Below the pieces are notes generated by a model, which saw nothing but the letters and a program-made list of their open reading frames with translations, was not told where the DNA came from and searched no databases. Shown piece after piece: positions 1-10,516 of a stretch of DNA of 43,674 nucleotides. Position 1 is the stretch's first letter, and each line of letters begins with the position of its first letter. The position numbers were made by a program, and so were the translations under genes. This stretch comes from Collinsella sp. (GTDB lineage: Bacteria; Actinomycetota; Coriobacteriia; Coriobacteriales; Coriobacteriaceae). The DNA lies in contig DBFNYT010000067.1 in assembly GCA_048425625.1 (NCBI GenBank), positions 1 to 43,674 on the forward strand. The letters run 5' to 3'.

Positions 1-320
1 CAGTGGGTCATCGTCCCGGCATTCAGCATCAGGGTAGCGCTGCGACGCGGAAATCGCGCGCCGTTGCCGCGCCCCGCAGTGCCCGCTTCCCCCGAGAACA
101 ATTATCAGTGCAGGTAGGCAGCTTGTCGATTTTCGAAAAAGCCGGCTATGGTTGACCTCTGCGGCTTAAACGTAGTAGATAGGCCCTATTCGTGGCACAG
201 CACCACTCCATCCCAAATTGGCACCCCGAGCCCTCGTGAGTTGCCAACAAGCTGTTCGACCAGCGCTTTATCCGCGCGGCATTTGGAAAATAGCACCACC
301 GCAAAACCCGCGAGTAGCGC

Positions 321-390
321 TTACTTTGATATATCTCACTATATTTTGCTATATCTTGCTATACTTTGCTATATCTTGCTATATCTTGAG
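321..390. repeat. Tandem array of seven 10-bp units (consensus ATATCTTGCT) just upstream of the ATPase RBS
   Basis: Read directly: ttactttgat/atatctcact/atattttgct/atatcttgct/atactttgct/atatcttgct/atatcttgag. Confidence 0.9.
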
Positions 391-404
391 CAAAGGTGGC
401 TCAC

Positions 405-1496
405 ATGCAAACAAACCCTTTTAAGCCCACAGCAGGTAAAACACCTCCCACGATTATCGGCCGCGAAGATGTGCTCGAAGAATTCAATGAGGGCCTCGTC
501 AACGGGCCTGGTGCCCCGGGGCGCCTAATGCGCATAGCCGGCGTCCGTGGAACGGGCAAGACGGTCCTCCTTGACGAGTGCTCACGTTTGGCGCAAAGCC
601 ATGGCTGGACGGTCATAAAAGAGGTCGCAACCGAGGGACTTTGCCAGCGCATTCTCGAACAGCTGCAGCCCAAATTCCAGGCCAAACACGCCAGATTTGA
701 GCCCACCGTAGCTGGCATATCCATCGGCAGCATAGATATTGAGCGAATCGGCCCATCGCTACGCGACGCCATGAGACAGACAATATCCAAGAATGGAAAT
801 GGCCTGCTCATCACTCTCGACGAGGTTCAAGACGCAGAGCTCGATGAGGTCCGAACGCTCTCCATTGCGATTCAGCAGGTTATCGGCGAAGACCTTGATA
901 TCGCCTTTGTTTTTGCTGGGCTGCCTTCGATGATTGAAAGCATCATCAACGGAAAGACACTTACGTTTTTGCGCCGTGCCCTCCCCTTTGATCTGAAGGC
1001 TGTGGCAGTAACCGAAGTGTCGTACTCCCTCGAGGAAACCATTGAAGCGTCTGGCATGGAGTTGCAGCCAGGTATTGCCGGCCAACTTGCCGAGGCAACG
1101 CAAGGCTATCCTTTCATGATCCAACTCGTTGGATACTACGCATGGCAGTTGGCAAGACGCGCACATACAGCGATTATTGGAGAAGAAGAAGCCGAGCGTG
1201 GCATTGCAACGGCACGCGAACGCTTCTGCGCCATGGTGATTGAGCCCGCGCTGCAGCGCATTCCGCCCACGTGCATCGCTTATCTGCTGAGCATGGCGTC
1301 TTTGGGGCAGACGAGCTCGACCAGCATGGTTGCCGATGCCCTAAACAAAACGCCTCAACAGGTGAGCTCCGTCCGCAGCCGCCTGTTAAGAGAATCGATT
1401 ATCGAGGCTCCTTCGTACGGCAAGGTCTCATTTGCCATCCCCTACATGCGCGACTACCTCTGCGAACACAAAGCCGAACTGGAAGTTGAACTGTAG
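405..1496 (+). CDS. Stand-alone AAA+/STAND-like P-loop ATPase with probable C-terminal winged-helix domain
   Basis: N-terminal NPFxP...GRE, Walker A GVRGTGKT, Walker B LLITLDEVQ, GYPFMIQ motif, C-terminal HTH-like segment (VADALNKTPQQVSSVRSRLL). ATG at 405 follows AAAGGTGG; the ORF track starts at GTG 396. Confidence 0.8.
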   Translation: MQTNPFKPTAGKTPPTIIGREDVLEEFNEGLVNGPGAPGRLMRIAGVRGTGKTVLLDECSRLAQSHGWTVIKEVATEGLCQRILEQLQPKFQAKHARFEPTVAGISIGSIDIERIGPSLRDAMRQTISKNGNGLLITLDEVQDAELDEVRTLSIAIQQVIGEDLDIAFVFAGLPSMIESIINGKTLTFLRRALPFDLKAVAVTEVSYSLEETIEASGMELQPGIAGQLAEATQGYPFMIQLVGYYAWQLARRAHTAIIGEEEAERGIATARERFCAMVIEPALQRIPPTCIAYLLSMASLGQTSSTSMVADALNKTPQQVSSVRSRLLRESIIEAPSYGKVSFAIPYMRDYLCEHKAELEVEL

Positions 1497-1515
1497 AAAC
1501 GGCAACTGCCCTGCA

Positions 1516-1640
1516 AGACGAAAACCGTTTTCGTACGGATTTAAAGCAGACGTAAACGGTTTTCGTCTGTTTTACGTTCGGAAATAAGACGCAAATTGCA
1601 CTTTCGTATGGTTTTACGCCAAACGCAACACGCTTTCGTC
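1516..1640. repeat. Four degenerate palindromic units ACG(A/T/C)AA-N4-5-TTTCGT
   Basis: agacgaaaaccgttttcgt (1516), agacgtaaacggttttcgt (1548), agacgcaaattgcactttcgt (1587), aaacgcaacacgctttcgt (1621). Confidence 0.65.
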
Positions 1641-1665
1641 CGGCTATGCGTCCCCAATCCAGACG

Positions 1666-1702
1666 AAAAAGGCCCCGAGCTCGTGTGAGCTCGGGGTTCT
1701 TT
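1666..1702. terminator. Probable bidirectional intrinsic terminator between convergent ATPase and flavoenzyme genes
   Basis: aaaaa-ggccccgagctc-gtgt-gagctcggggtt-cttt hairpin with A-run and T-rich flanks. Confidence 0.7.
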
Positions 1703-1849
1703 GTGCCGCACATCTATGAGAGGGAATCGATGCGCACGGGCGCTACTCCATGTAGCCGCCCTGGGATGGCGGAAACCTCGTCAATGGGGCCAGGTTTACA
1801 TGCGCCAAGTTGGTGCAAAGTAACCTGCCCCCACGCAACAAGGGGTTGA

Positions 1850-3799
1850 CTAGAGCTCGCAGGCAACCTTGTAGCCATCGCCGATGGCATCGCGGATGTT
1901 GCCGCACTTCTGGGCGTCGCCCAGCACGTGGGTGGCAACACCGGCAGCGGCCAGGTCGTCGGCCAGCTTGGTGTTGGGACGATAGCCCATGGCAAGCACC
2001 AGCGTATCGGCATCGGCGATAGTGTGGATCTCGCCATCTTTTTCGTAGCTGATGGTGTCCTCGGTAATCTCGGTTACCTTGGCCTCGGTCAGCACGTGAA
2101 CGCCCTTGGAAAGCATGCGCGTGATGAGCACCGCGCGGCCGGCGCCGCCCTCGTTGGCAGCGAGCGTCTTGGTCATCTCGATGACGGTGACATCGCGATT
2201 GGCCGGCGACAGGTCGTTGACCAGCGGAGCCAGATAGTCGGCAGTCTCGCAGCCGACGGTACCGCCGCCGACGATGACGATCTTCTTGCCCGGGAAGGCG
2301 TTGCCGCCCAGCAGGTCGTCAGCCGTCATGACCTGCTTAAAGCCCTGCATAAAGGCCGGAGCGATAGGCTCGGCACCGTAGGCCAAAACGACCTCGTAGC
2401 CGGCATAGTCGCGCTGAATATCCTCAGCAGATAGCTCGGTACCAAAGACGCACGTTACGCCCGCTTCGGCCAGGCGACGGTACTGATACTTGATCACGCG
2501 GGTGAGCTCCTGCTTTGCCGGCGGAACAGCTGCGATGCGCATCTCGCCACCCGGCTCGTCCTGCTTGTCCACGAGCACCACGTTGTGGCCGCGCTTGGCG
2601 GCAATGTAGGCTGCCTCCATGCCCGCAGGACCAGCGCCCACAACCAGTACGTTCTTAGCCTCGGCGGCAGGCTCGTAGCCGGCCTCGTCGCGCTCCACGT
2701 CCGGGTTGACGGTGCAGGAGATGCGCTTGCCAAACATAATGCCGTTCAGGCAGCGCAGGCAGCCAATGCAGGGGCGGATGTCGTCGGCGTTGCCGGCAGC
2801 GGCCTTATTGCAGAACTCGGCATCGCACAGGTTGGCGCGGCCCATCATGCAGATGTCGGCGGCGCCGTCCTCGATCAGCTCCTCGGCAATCCACGCCTCG
2901 TTGATGCGGCCGACCGTGGCGACGGGAATGTTCACGTGCTTTTTGATTTCGCGCGAGCAGGCGGCGTGCGAGGCCTGCTGGGTGCCGGCGGCGGGAATCG
3001 CGGAGCCGCGCTTGATGGTGGTGCCACCCGACACGTGAATCATGTCGACGCCGGCCTTCTCCAGGCGACGCGAGACATAAATCATGTCGTTGAGGGTCAG
3101 GCCGCCATCGGTGTACTCGTCGCCCGAAATGCGGACGTCGATGATAAAGTCCTTGCCGCAGCGCTCGCGAATCTCGGCGATGACCTCGAGCAAGAAGCGC
3201 ATACGGGCATCGAGCGAGCCGCCGTACTCGTCGGTACGCTTGTTGTAGAGCGGGGTCAAGAAACCGCCGAGCATGCCGTGGGCGTGCGCCGCATGGACCT
3301 CGACGCCATCGACGCCGGCCTTCTGCATACGCACGGCGGCGTCGCCAAACTGGTGCGTGAGCTCGTGAATCTCGTCAACCGTGATGGGGCGCGGCGCCTC
3401 GCGGGCATAGGACGGGCCCACGAAGGACGGGGCGATCAGACGCGGCGTGCCCGGGATGTTAAAGGCCATGTAGGCGGGGTGGAAAAGCTGCGGCATGATC
3501 TTGCAGCCATACTCGTGCACGGCGGCGGCGAGCTTTTCCCAACCGGGAATGAACGTGTCGTCGTAGCAGCACATGTCACCCGGCAGATAGGTATAGGTGG
3601 GCTCAACGGTCACGACCTCGGTGATGATGAGGCCCACGCCGCCCTTGGCACGGGCGCGGTAGTGGTCGACCAAATCGTCGGTCACATAGCCGTGGTCGGC
3701 CAGGTTGGTGGACACCGGCGGCATAAAGACACGGTTCTTGACCTCGGTCGTACCGACCTTGATGGGGCTAAAGAGCATCGGATAGGCGGAGGACTCCAT
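1850..3799 (-). CDS. Old-yellow-enzyme-family NADH:flavin oxidoreductase with Fe-S cluster and FAD/NAD domains (BaiCD/2,4-dienoyl-CoA reductase-like architecture)
   Basis: LFSPIKVG..KNRVFM start, NKRTDEYGGS motif, CIGCLRC-x11-C cluster motif, two Rossmann motifs (GAGPAG, GGGTVG). ATG 3799 is preceded by GAAAGGAAG. Confidence 0.85.
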   Translation of the reverse strand: MESSAYPMLFSPIKVGTTEVKNRVFMPPVSTNLADHGYVTDDLVDHYRARAKGGVGLIITEVVTVEPTYTYLPGDMCCYDDTFIPGWEKLAAAVHEYGCKIMPQLFHPAYMAFNIPGTPRLIAPSFVGPSYAREAPRPITVDEIHELTHQFGDAAVRMQKAGVDGVEVHAAHAHGMLGGFLTPLYNKRTDEYGGSLDARMRFLLEVIAEIRERCGKDFIIDVRISGDEYTDGGLTLNDMIYVSRRLEKAGVDMIHVSGGTTIKRGSAIPAAGTQQASHAACSREIKKHVNIPVATVGRINEAWIAEELIEDGAADICMMGRANLCDAEFCNKAAAGNADDIRPCIGCLRCLNGIMFGKRISCTVNPDVERDEAGYEPAAEAKNVLVVGAGPAGMEAAYIAAKRGHNVVLVDKQDEPGGEMRIAAVPPAKQELTRVIKYQYRRLAEAGVTCVFGTELSAEDIQRDYAGYEVVLAYGAEPIAPAFMQGFKQVMTADDLLGGNAFPGKKIVIVGGGTVGCETADYLAPLVNDLSPANRDVTVIEMTKTLAANEGGAGRAVLITRMLSKGVHVLTEAKVTEITEDTISYEKDGEIHTIADADTLVLAMGYRPNTKLADDLAAAGVATHVLGDAQKCGNIRDAIGDGYKVACEL

Positions 3800-3901
3800 A
3801 CAGGCTTCCTTTCGTTTGAGCCGCATGGCGGCACTTGCTAACACACCTATCGTATCAGCAACCGCCGTATCCGCGGCCAAACATACCCAAACGCCGGTCG
3901 G

Positions 3902-4102
3902 CTAATGAATACCGCGGCCCAAGTCTTCGGCGATTTTGTCTACGCCCTTAAGTGCGGCGCACGTCTTTTTGTTGGAGCAATGCCCCGTGCAAACGCCACC
4001 CTGAGCGCAGTCGGCGCAGGTGCCCTTGCGGTAGATGCGCACGCATACCGCGACAAACGCAACGCCGATAACAGCCAGTACAACAATATCGATAGGTGCC
4101 AT
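3902..4102 (-). CDS. FeoB-associated Cys-rich small membrane protein
   Basis: N-terminal TM helix followed by CADC..CTGHC..C; lies directly downstream of feoB; AGAGGAGG RBS. Confidence 0.8.
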   Translation of the reverse strand: MAPIDIVVLAVIGVAFVAVCVRIYRKGTCADCAQGGVCTGHCSNKKTCAALKGVDKIAEDLGRGIH

Positions 4103-4214
4103 AGCAAGCCTCCTCTAGTTAACCATCACTTACTTTACCCCATTCTCCACCTACCAAATAGGGACGGTTTATTTTGGTCGGTTTTATCTGCGGAAACGCC
4201 ATATCTCCCCCACC

Positions 4215-4248
4215 AAAAAGCCCGAGTGTCGCTGGGACACCCGGGCTC
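4215..4248 (-). terminator. Probable intrinsic terminator after feoB
   Basis: aaaaagcccgagtgtc-gctgg-gacacccgggct hairpin; U-tract on the minus strand. Confidence 0.55.
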
Positions 4249-4276
4249 GTGGAAAGGGGCTGATCCTTATTCGGAC

Positions 4277-6604
4277 TTAAGCGGAAACTGCGGCGGAAGC
4301 AGCGTTGGTCTCGTCCTCGTCGGTCCATACATGCTTAGGCATGGGACGGAAAATCTGGAAGAGCATCGCAACGAGCAGCACGACGGCCACAATCGTCCAG
4401 AAACCAAACTGTCCGAGCGCGAACAGGTTGTAGAACTGGTTGATGAACAGACCGATCACCCAAGCGAAGGCGCACTCGTAACCGATGGCGATCGCAGTCC
4501 ACTTGCCGGAATTCATCTGGTTGCGGATGGTACCAATGGCGGCGAAGCAGGGGGCGCACAGCAGGTTGAAGGCACCGAAGGCCACGCAAGCGCCCATGGT
4601 CGGGAACATACCGGCAAATGCGGTCCACAGGCTCGGGTCGGTCTCGCCGGCGTCGGCAACGGAGAGCAGCGAACCGGCGGTTGCGACGACGTTCTCCTTG
4701 GCAACGAGGCCAGAGACGGACAGCGCAGTTGCCTGCCAGGTGCTAAAGCCGAGCGGGGCGAAGATCCAGGCGACCAGGTTGCCCAGCATGGCGAGCACGG
4801 AGTAGTCCATGAACTCCTCGGGGATGCCGTCCATCGCAGGCAGGAAGCCAAAGGAACCGTTATAGCTACCAAAGTTGGAGAGGAACCAAACGACGACGGT
4901 GGACGCAAAGATGACCGTGCCGGCCTTCTTGATAAAGGCCCAGCAGCGCTCCCACACGTGCAGCGCCCAGGAACGGATCGCCGGGAAGTGGTAGGCAGGA
5001 AGCTCCATGACAAACGGGGTCGGACGGCCGGCGAAGAGCTTGGTCTTCTTGAGCATGAGGCCCGAGGCGATGACGGCAAAGACGCCTAGGAAGTAGAAGA
5101 GCGGGCTGATCCACGCGGCGGTGGTGGAAGAATCGCCGATGATGGAACCCATGAGCAGGGCGATGATCGGCAGCTTAGCGCCACAGGGAATGAACGTGGT
5201 GGTCATGACCGTCATGCGGCGGTCCTTCTCGTTCTCGATGGTCTTGGTGGCCATGACGCCGGGGACGCCGCAGCCCGAGGACACGAGCATGGGGATGAAG
5301 GACTTACCGGACAGGCCAAACCGGCGGAACACGCGGTCCATGATGAAGGCGACGCGGGCCATATAGCCGCAGTCCTCCAGGAAAGACAGCATCACGAACA
5401 GCAGGAACATCTGCGGGACGAAGCCGAAGATGGCGCCCAGACCACCAACGATACCGTCGCAGACCAGCGAATCGACCAGGCCGCCGTCCTCGGTGCCACC
5501 CGCCACAAGGGCGTCGTGCACCACGGTGGTGATACCCGGGACATAGGGGCCGTACTGCGCCGGGTCAACCGAGTCGGCGTTGTCGCCTGCGGCCTCGACG
5601 GCTGCATCGTAGGCGTCGCGACCCTGGCCGAGCACGTACCAACCGTCGGTACCGAAGAGCTGGTCGTTGGTGAAGTCGGTCACCGTGCCGCCCAGGGTGG
5701 AAACGGCGATGTAGTACACGCAGAACATGATGACCACAAAGATCGGCAGGCCCAGAATACGGTTGGTAACCACGCGATCGATCTTCTCGGAGGTGCTCAT
5801 CTTGGCAGGAGCCTTGGTCATGCACTCGTCGATAATGTGCGCGATGACGCCATAGCGCTCACCGGTGATGATGGACTCGGCATCGTCGTCGCAGTCCTGC
5901 TCGCACCGGGCGACCAGCTCCTCCACGCGAGCAGCCTTCTCCTTAGTGAGGTTGATGAGTTTACAGGCGTCTGCATCACGCTCGAACAGCTTGACGGCGT
6001 AGTAGCGACGCTTGTTGGCGGGAACGCTCGCCGGAAGGTTGTTCTCGATGTGTGTCAGAACGTCCTCGATGGAGGAATCGAACTTGTGCTCCGGCACCTG
6101 ACCCTTAGAAGCAGCGGACTTTTTGACCTGCTCGAAGAGCTCCTTGATGCCCTTGTTCTTAAGAGCCGAGATCATCATGACCGGACAACCAAGCTTCTTG
6201 GAGAGCTTGTCGGTGTCGATCTTGTCGCCATTCTTCTCGACCAGATCGGCCATGTTGAGGGCAACGACCACAGGCAGGCCGGTCTCGATGACCTGAAGCG
6301 CCAGGTATAGATTGCGCTCCAGGTTGGTGGCATCGACCACCTGAACGACGACATCGGGCTCGCCGCTCATGAGATAATCGCGCGAGCATTGCTCCTCGGG
6401 GCTGTAGGGGGAAAGCGAGTAGATGCCGGGGAGGTCCGTGATGGTAACGTTCTTGTCGCTTAGGAGCTTGGCCTCCTTTTTCTCAACCGTGACGCCGGGC
6501 CAGTTGCCAACGTAGCCGTTGGCGCCGGTGATCAGGTTGAAAAGCGTGGTCTTGCCGCAGTTGGGGTTACCCGCCAGCGCGACATGGATCTGAGAATCCG
6601 CCAT
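4277..6604 (-). CDS. feoB: Ferrous iron transporter FeoB
   Basis: G1 GNPNCGKT, VGNWPGVTVEKK, DLPGIYSL, NMAD; membrane domain with GCGVP, FIPCGAKLP and PCFAA motifs. Confidence 0.97.
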   Translation of the reverse strand: MADSQIHVALAGNPNCGKTTLFNLITGANGYVGNWPGVTVEKKEAKLLSDKNVTITDLPGIYSLSPYSPEEQCSRDYLMSGEPDVVVQVVDATNLERNLYLALQVIETGLPVVVALNMADLVEKNGDKIDTDKLSKKLGCPVMMISALKNKGIKELFEQVKKSAASKGQVPEHKFDSSIEDVLTHIENNLPASVPANKRRYYAVKLFERDADACKLINLTKEKAARVEELVARCEQDCDDDAESIITGERYGVIAHIIDECMTKAPAKMSTSEKIDRVVTNRILGLPIFVVIMFCVYYIAVSTLGGTVTDFTNDQLFGTDGWYVLGQGRDAYDAAVEAAGDNADSVDPAQYGPYVPGITTVVHDALVAGGTEDGGLVDSLVCDGIVGGLGAIFGFVPQMFLLFVMLSFLEDCGYMARVAFIMDRVFRRFGLSGKSFIPMLVSSGCGVPGVMATKTIENEKDRRMTVMTTTFIPCGAKLPIIALLMGSIIGDSSTTAAWISPLFYFLGVFAVIASGLMLKKTKLFAGRPTPFVMELPAYHFPAIRSWALHVWERCWAFIKKAGTVIFASTVVVWFLSNFGSYNGSFGFLPAMDGIPEEFMDYSVLAMLGNLVAWIFAPLGFSTWQATALSVSGLVAKENVVATAGSLLSVADAGETDPSLWTAFAGMFPTMGACVAFGAFNLLCAPCFAAIGTIRNQMNSGKWTAIAIGYECAFAWVIGLFINQFYNLFALGQFGFWTIVAVVLLVAMLFQIFRPMPKHVWTDEDETNAASAAVSA

Positions 6605-6679
6605 TCAATCCTTCTTCCTTGTGTGCCTGCGCTGCTTTCTCCGCACAGGCTGGATAATGTGCTTCAAAGTTGCTGCATT

Positions 6680-6699
6680 AAGTTAGAAATACCTAACTT
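6680..6699. promoter_or_regulatory. Palindromic DtxR/MntR-family-like operator upstream of feoB
   Basis: AAGTTAG-AAATAC-CTAACTT, a perfect 7-6-7 inverted repeat with a TTAG-N6-CTAA core, between feoA and feoB. Confidence 0.65.
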
Positions 6700-6727
6700 T
6701 ATCTGCAGAAATATACGCCGCGAGCCC

Positions 6728-6949
6728 TTACTGGACCTCGACGACAGCCGCCTCCTCCTTGCGGATGGAAAGCTCGTAGCCGCGCACGTTGATCTCGACC
6801 GGATCACCGAGCGGTGCAACCTTCACGACCTTGAACGAAGTGCCCTTGATGAGCCCCAGGTCCATAAGGTGGCGGCGAAGCGCACCCTCACCGTGAAGCT
6901 TGACGATGGTAGAGCTCTCGCCCACCTTAACGTCACCCAACGTCTTCAT
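6728..6949 (-). CDS. feoA: Ferrous iron transport protein FeoA
   Basis: LRRHLMDLGLIKG..VVKVAPLGDPVEINVRGYELSIRKEEA, a classic FeoA signature. Confidence 0.95.
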   Translation of the reverse strand: MKTLGDVKVGESSTIVKLHGEGALRRHLMDLGLIKGTSFKVVKVAPLGDPVEINVRGYELSIRKEEAAVVEVQ

Positions 6950-6988
6950 CCTCTTGTCCCCCTTTCGGTTTTTATGAAATGCTGCGGA

Positions 6989-7231
6989 CTAACCGACGGT
7001 CATGATGTGCATGGCAACCTTGGAATCGATACCAAAGCGTGCGCCCAGCACCGTGACGATGATATTGGCACCACTCGAGCTCACCACGTGGATTTCGTTG
7101 CCCTCGACAAAGCCGAGGTCCTTGAGGTGGTGTTTCATGTCCTCATTGCCCTTTACACGAGACACGCGCACGGTTTCGCCCGCTTTTACCATCGAAAGCG
7201 GCATGGCCGGCATCTGCGGTCCGCAAGACAT
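6989..7231 (-). CDS. feoA: FeoA-family protein (second copy)
   Basis: MPLSMVKAGE..HHLKDLGFVEG..RFGIDSKVAMHIM FeoA pattern; AGGAG RBS. Confidence 0.9.
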   Translation of the reverse strand: MSCGPQMPAMPLSMVKAGETVRVSRVKGNEDMKHHLKDLGFVEGNEIHVVSSSGANIIVTVLGARFGIDSKVAMHIMTVG

Positions 7232-7273
7232 GAGTTGCTCCTAACGTCAGTTCGTCCTCAACATCGACGTGAT

Positions 7274-7327
7274 AAAAGTTAACCACGTCTATGTTCGCTT
7301 TAGTAAACTAGCACGTGGTTAACTTTT
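7274..7327. promoter_or_regulatory. 15-bp inverted repeat in the feo promoter region (tandem metal-regulator-like sites)
   Basis: aaaagttaaccacgt (7274-7288) and acgtggttaactttt (7313-7327); the outer half-sites resemble the box at 6680. Confidence 0.55.
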
Positions 7328-7374
7328 TGGAAAGGGTCTCTATTCAGTTTTCGAAAAAGTTTCCTATACGAAAC

Positions 7375-7410
7375 AAAAAGGCGCGGCAAAGAGCTGTCCT
7401 TTGCCGCGCC
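7375..7410 (-). terminator. Intrinsic terminator after the HPr gene
   Basis: aaaaa-ggcgcggcaaag...ctttgccgcgcc hairpin. Confidence 0.7.
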
Positions 7411-7419
7411 CCGTCATGC

Positions 7420-7668
7420 TTAGAGCGAGAGGTTTCTGATCGACGTAACGCAGGAAGCCTCGTCTACGCCCGAAACGCGGAAGATGATATCCTCGCCACA
7501 CTCGCCGTAGAGAGCCATGAGGCCCATAACGTCGCGACCGTCGGTATGGCGGTCGCCGATGCTGACTGACACGTCGCTACGATGCTTGGCGATAATGTCA
7601 TAGAGCAGCGCAACCGGGCGGGCATGCAATCCCAACGGATCTTTAATCGTCTTTGTAAACTCGACCAT
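7420..7668 (-). CDS. HPr-family phosphocarrier protein
   Basis: GLHARP active-site motif. ATG 7668 follows GGGAGGGG. The usual Ser46 context reads DGRDVMGLMAL, with Asp at that position. Confidence 0.88.
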   Translation of the reverse strand: MVEFTKTIKDPLGLHARPVALLYDIIAKHRSDVSVSIGDRHTDGRDVMGLMALYGECGEDIIFRVSGVDEASCVTSIRNLSL

Positions 7669-7754
7669 GTCCCCTCCCGCGGCATCGCACATTCGGCCGG
7701 CAAAACCCAGCCATGTGGTAGTTATTGTACGTTACCGGCGCACCCCCGTCCCAT

Positions 7755-7787
7755 AAAAAACGAGGGAAGGTACGTGTCCTTCCCTCG
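7755..7787 (-). terminator. Intrinsic terminator after aspS
   Basis: aaaaaa-cgagggaagg-tacgtgt-ccttccctcg. Confidence 0.8.
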
Positions 7788-7812
7788 CAACAGGCAATAT
7801 GTAGCCGCTCGC

Positions 7813-9600
<1,788 letters not shown>

Positions 9601-9856
9601 ACCAGTGATCCTCCTTTATGGATCTGTGCCGCCCCGTGTCGTTCCGGGCGGCGTCGTACAGATTTGCCCTGCCTGCGTAAACCGCGCAGCCGGACATGGC
9701 GTTCTATCTTATCGCACCTGCGTCGATGTGCCGCGGAAAAGTAGCTCCTGCCCAAAGACTTGACGGAGACGAAACAATTGACGCACCGCGGCCGTCGCCA
9801 AGGCGCGCCACGTGCGACAATGTGTCCCAATACAACTGCACTCGGAAAGGCCCGCC

Positions 9857-10492
9857 ATGACTGCACGCCTCATCGTTATGGATATCGACTCCACGCTCAT
9901 CGACCAGGAGGTCATCGACCTGTTGGGCGAGGAGGCCGGCGTAGGCGAGCAAGTGGCGAAGATCACTGAGCGCGCCATGCGCGGCGAACTGGACTTTAAG
10001 CAGGCGCTCGAGGAGCGCGTTGGGCTGCTTGCCGGCTTGGACGAGAGTGTGTTCGAGCGTACCTTTGAGCGCGTGACGTTTACTCCTGGCGCGCTGGAGC
10101 TTGTGCGCTCGGCGCACAGCAAGGGCTGGAAGGTCGGCGTGGTAAGCGGCGGCTTCCACGAGGTCGCCGACAAGATCGTGGCCGCCGCGGGCATCGATTT
10201 TTGCCTGGCTAACCGCCTAGAGGTCGTGGACGGCAAGCTCACCGGTAAGCTGGCGGCAGACATCGTGACCAAGGAATCCAAGCTCATCCGGCTGCTGGAT
10301 TGGGCAGTCGAGTGCGGTGTCGATATGGCCCACACCGTCGCGATCGGCGACGGGGCAAACGATATCCCTATGATTCAGGCCGCGGGCACGGGCATCGCGT
10401 TTTGTGCCAAGCCCAAGACGCGCGAGGCCGCCCCGTTTGCCATCGACGAGCGCAACCTGATGCTCGCCATGGACATCATCCTGCGCGACTAG
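9857..10492 (+). CDS. serB: Phosphoserine phosphatase (HAD family)
   Basis: DIDST motif I, ITERAMRGELDF, VSGGF, GDGAND; GAAAGG RBS before ATG 9857. Confidence 0.92.
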   Translation: MTARLIVMDIDSTLIDQEVIDLLGEEAGVGEQVAKITERAMRGELDFKQALEERVGLLAGLDESVFERTFERVTFTPGALELVRSAHSKGWKVGVVSGGFHEVADKIVAAAGIDFCLANRLEVVDGKLTGKLAADIVTKESKLIRLLDWAVECGVDMAHTVAIGDGANDIPMIQAAGTGIAFCAKPKTREAAPFAIDERNLMLAMDIILRD

Positions 10493-10516
10493 TCAGTTTG
10501 CCTCACAACTTCATCT

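Noticed and set aside
148..528. 126-aa ORF with a YILLYLAIL repeat
   Set aside because: The pattern is simply the translation of the 10-bp DNA tandem repeat, and the ORF overlaps the ATPase start.
1516..1670. Possible CRISPR array
   Set aside because: Units are too degenerate, the 32-40-nt period is too short, and no cas genes are present; kept only as an unexplained repeat.
1850..3799. Naming the flavoenzyme bilR or baiCD
   Set aside because: It lacks the BilR HGDR motif and has no bai operon context; family-level call only.
9601..9850. T-box leader upstream of aspS
   Set aside because: A GC hairpin is present but no T-box consensus or specifier stem was recognised.
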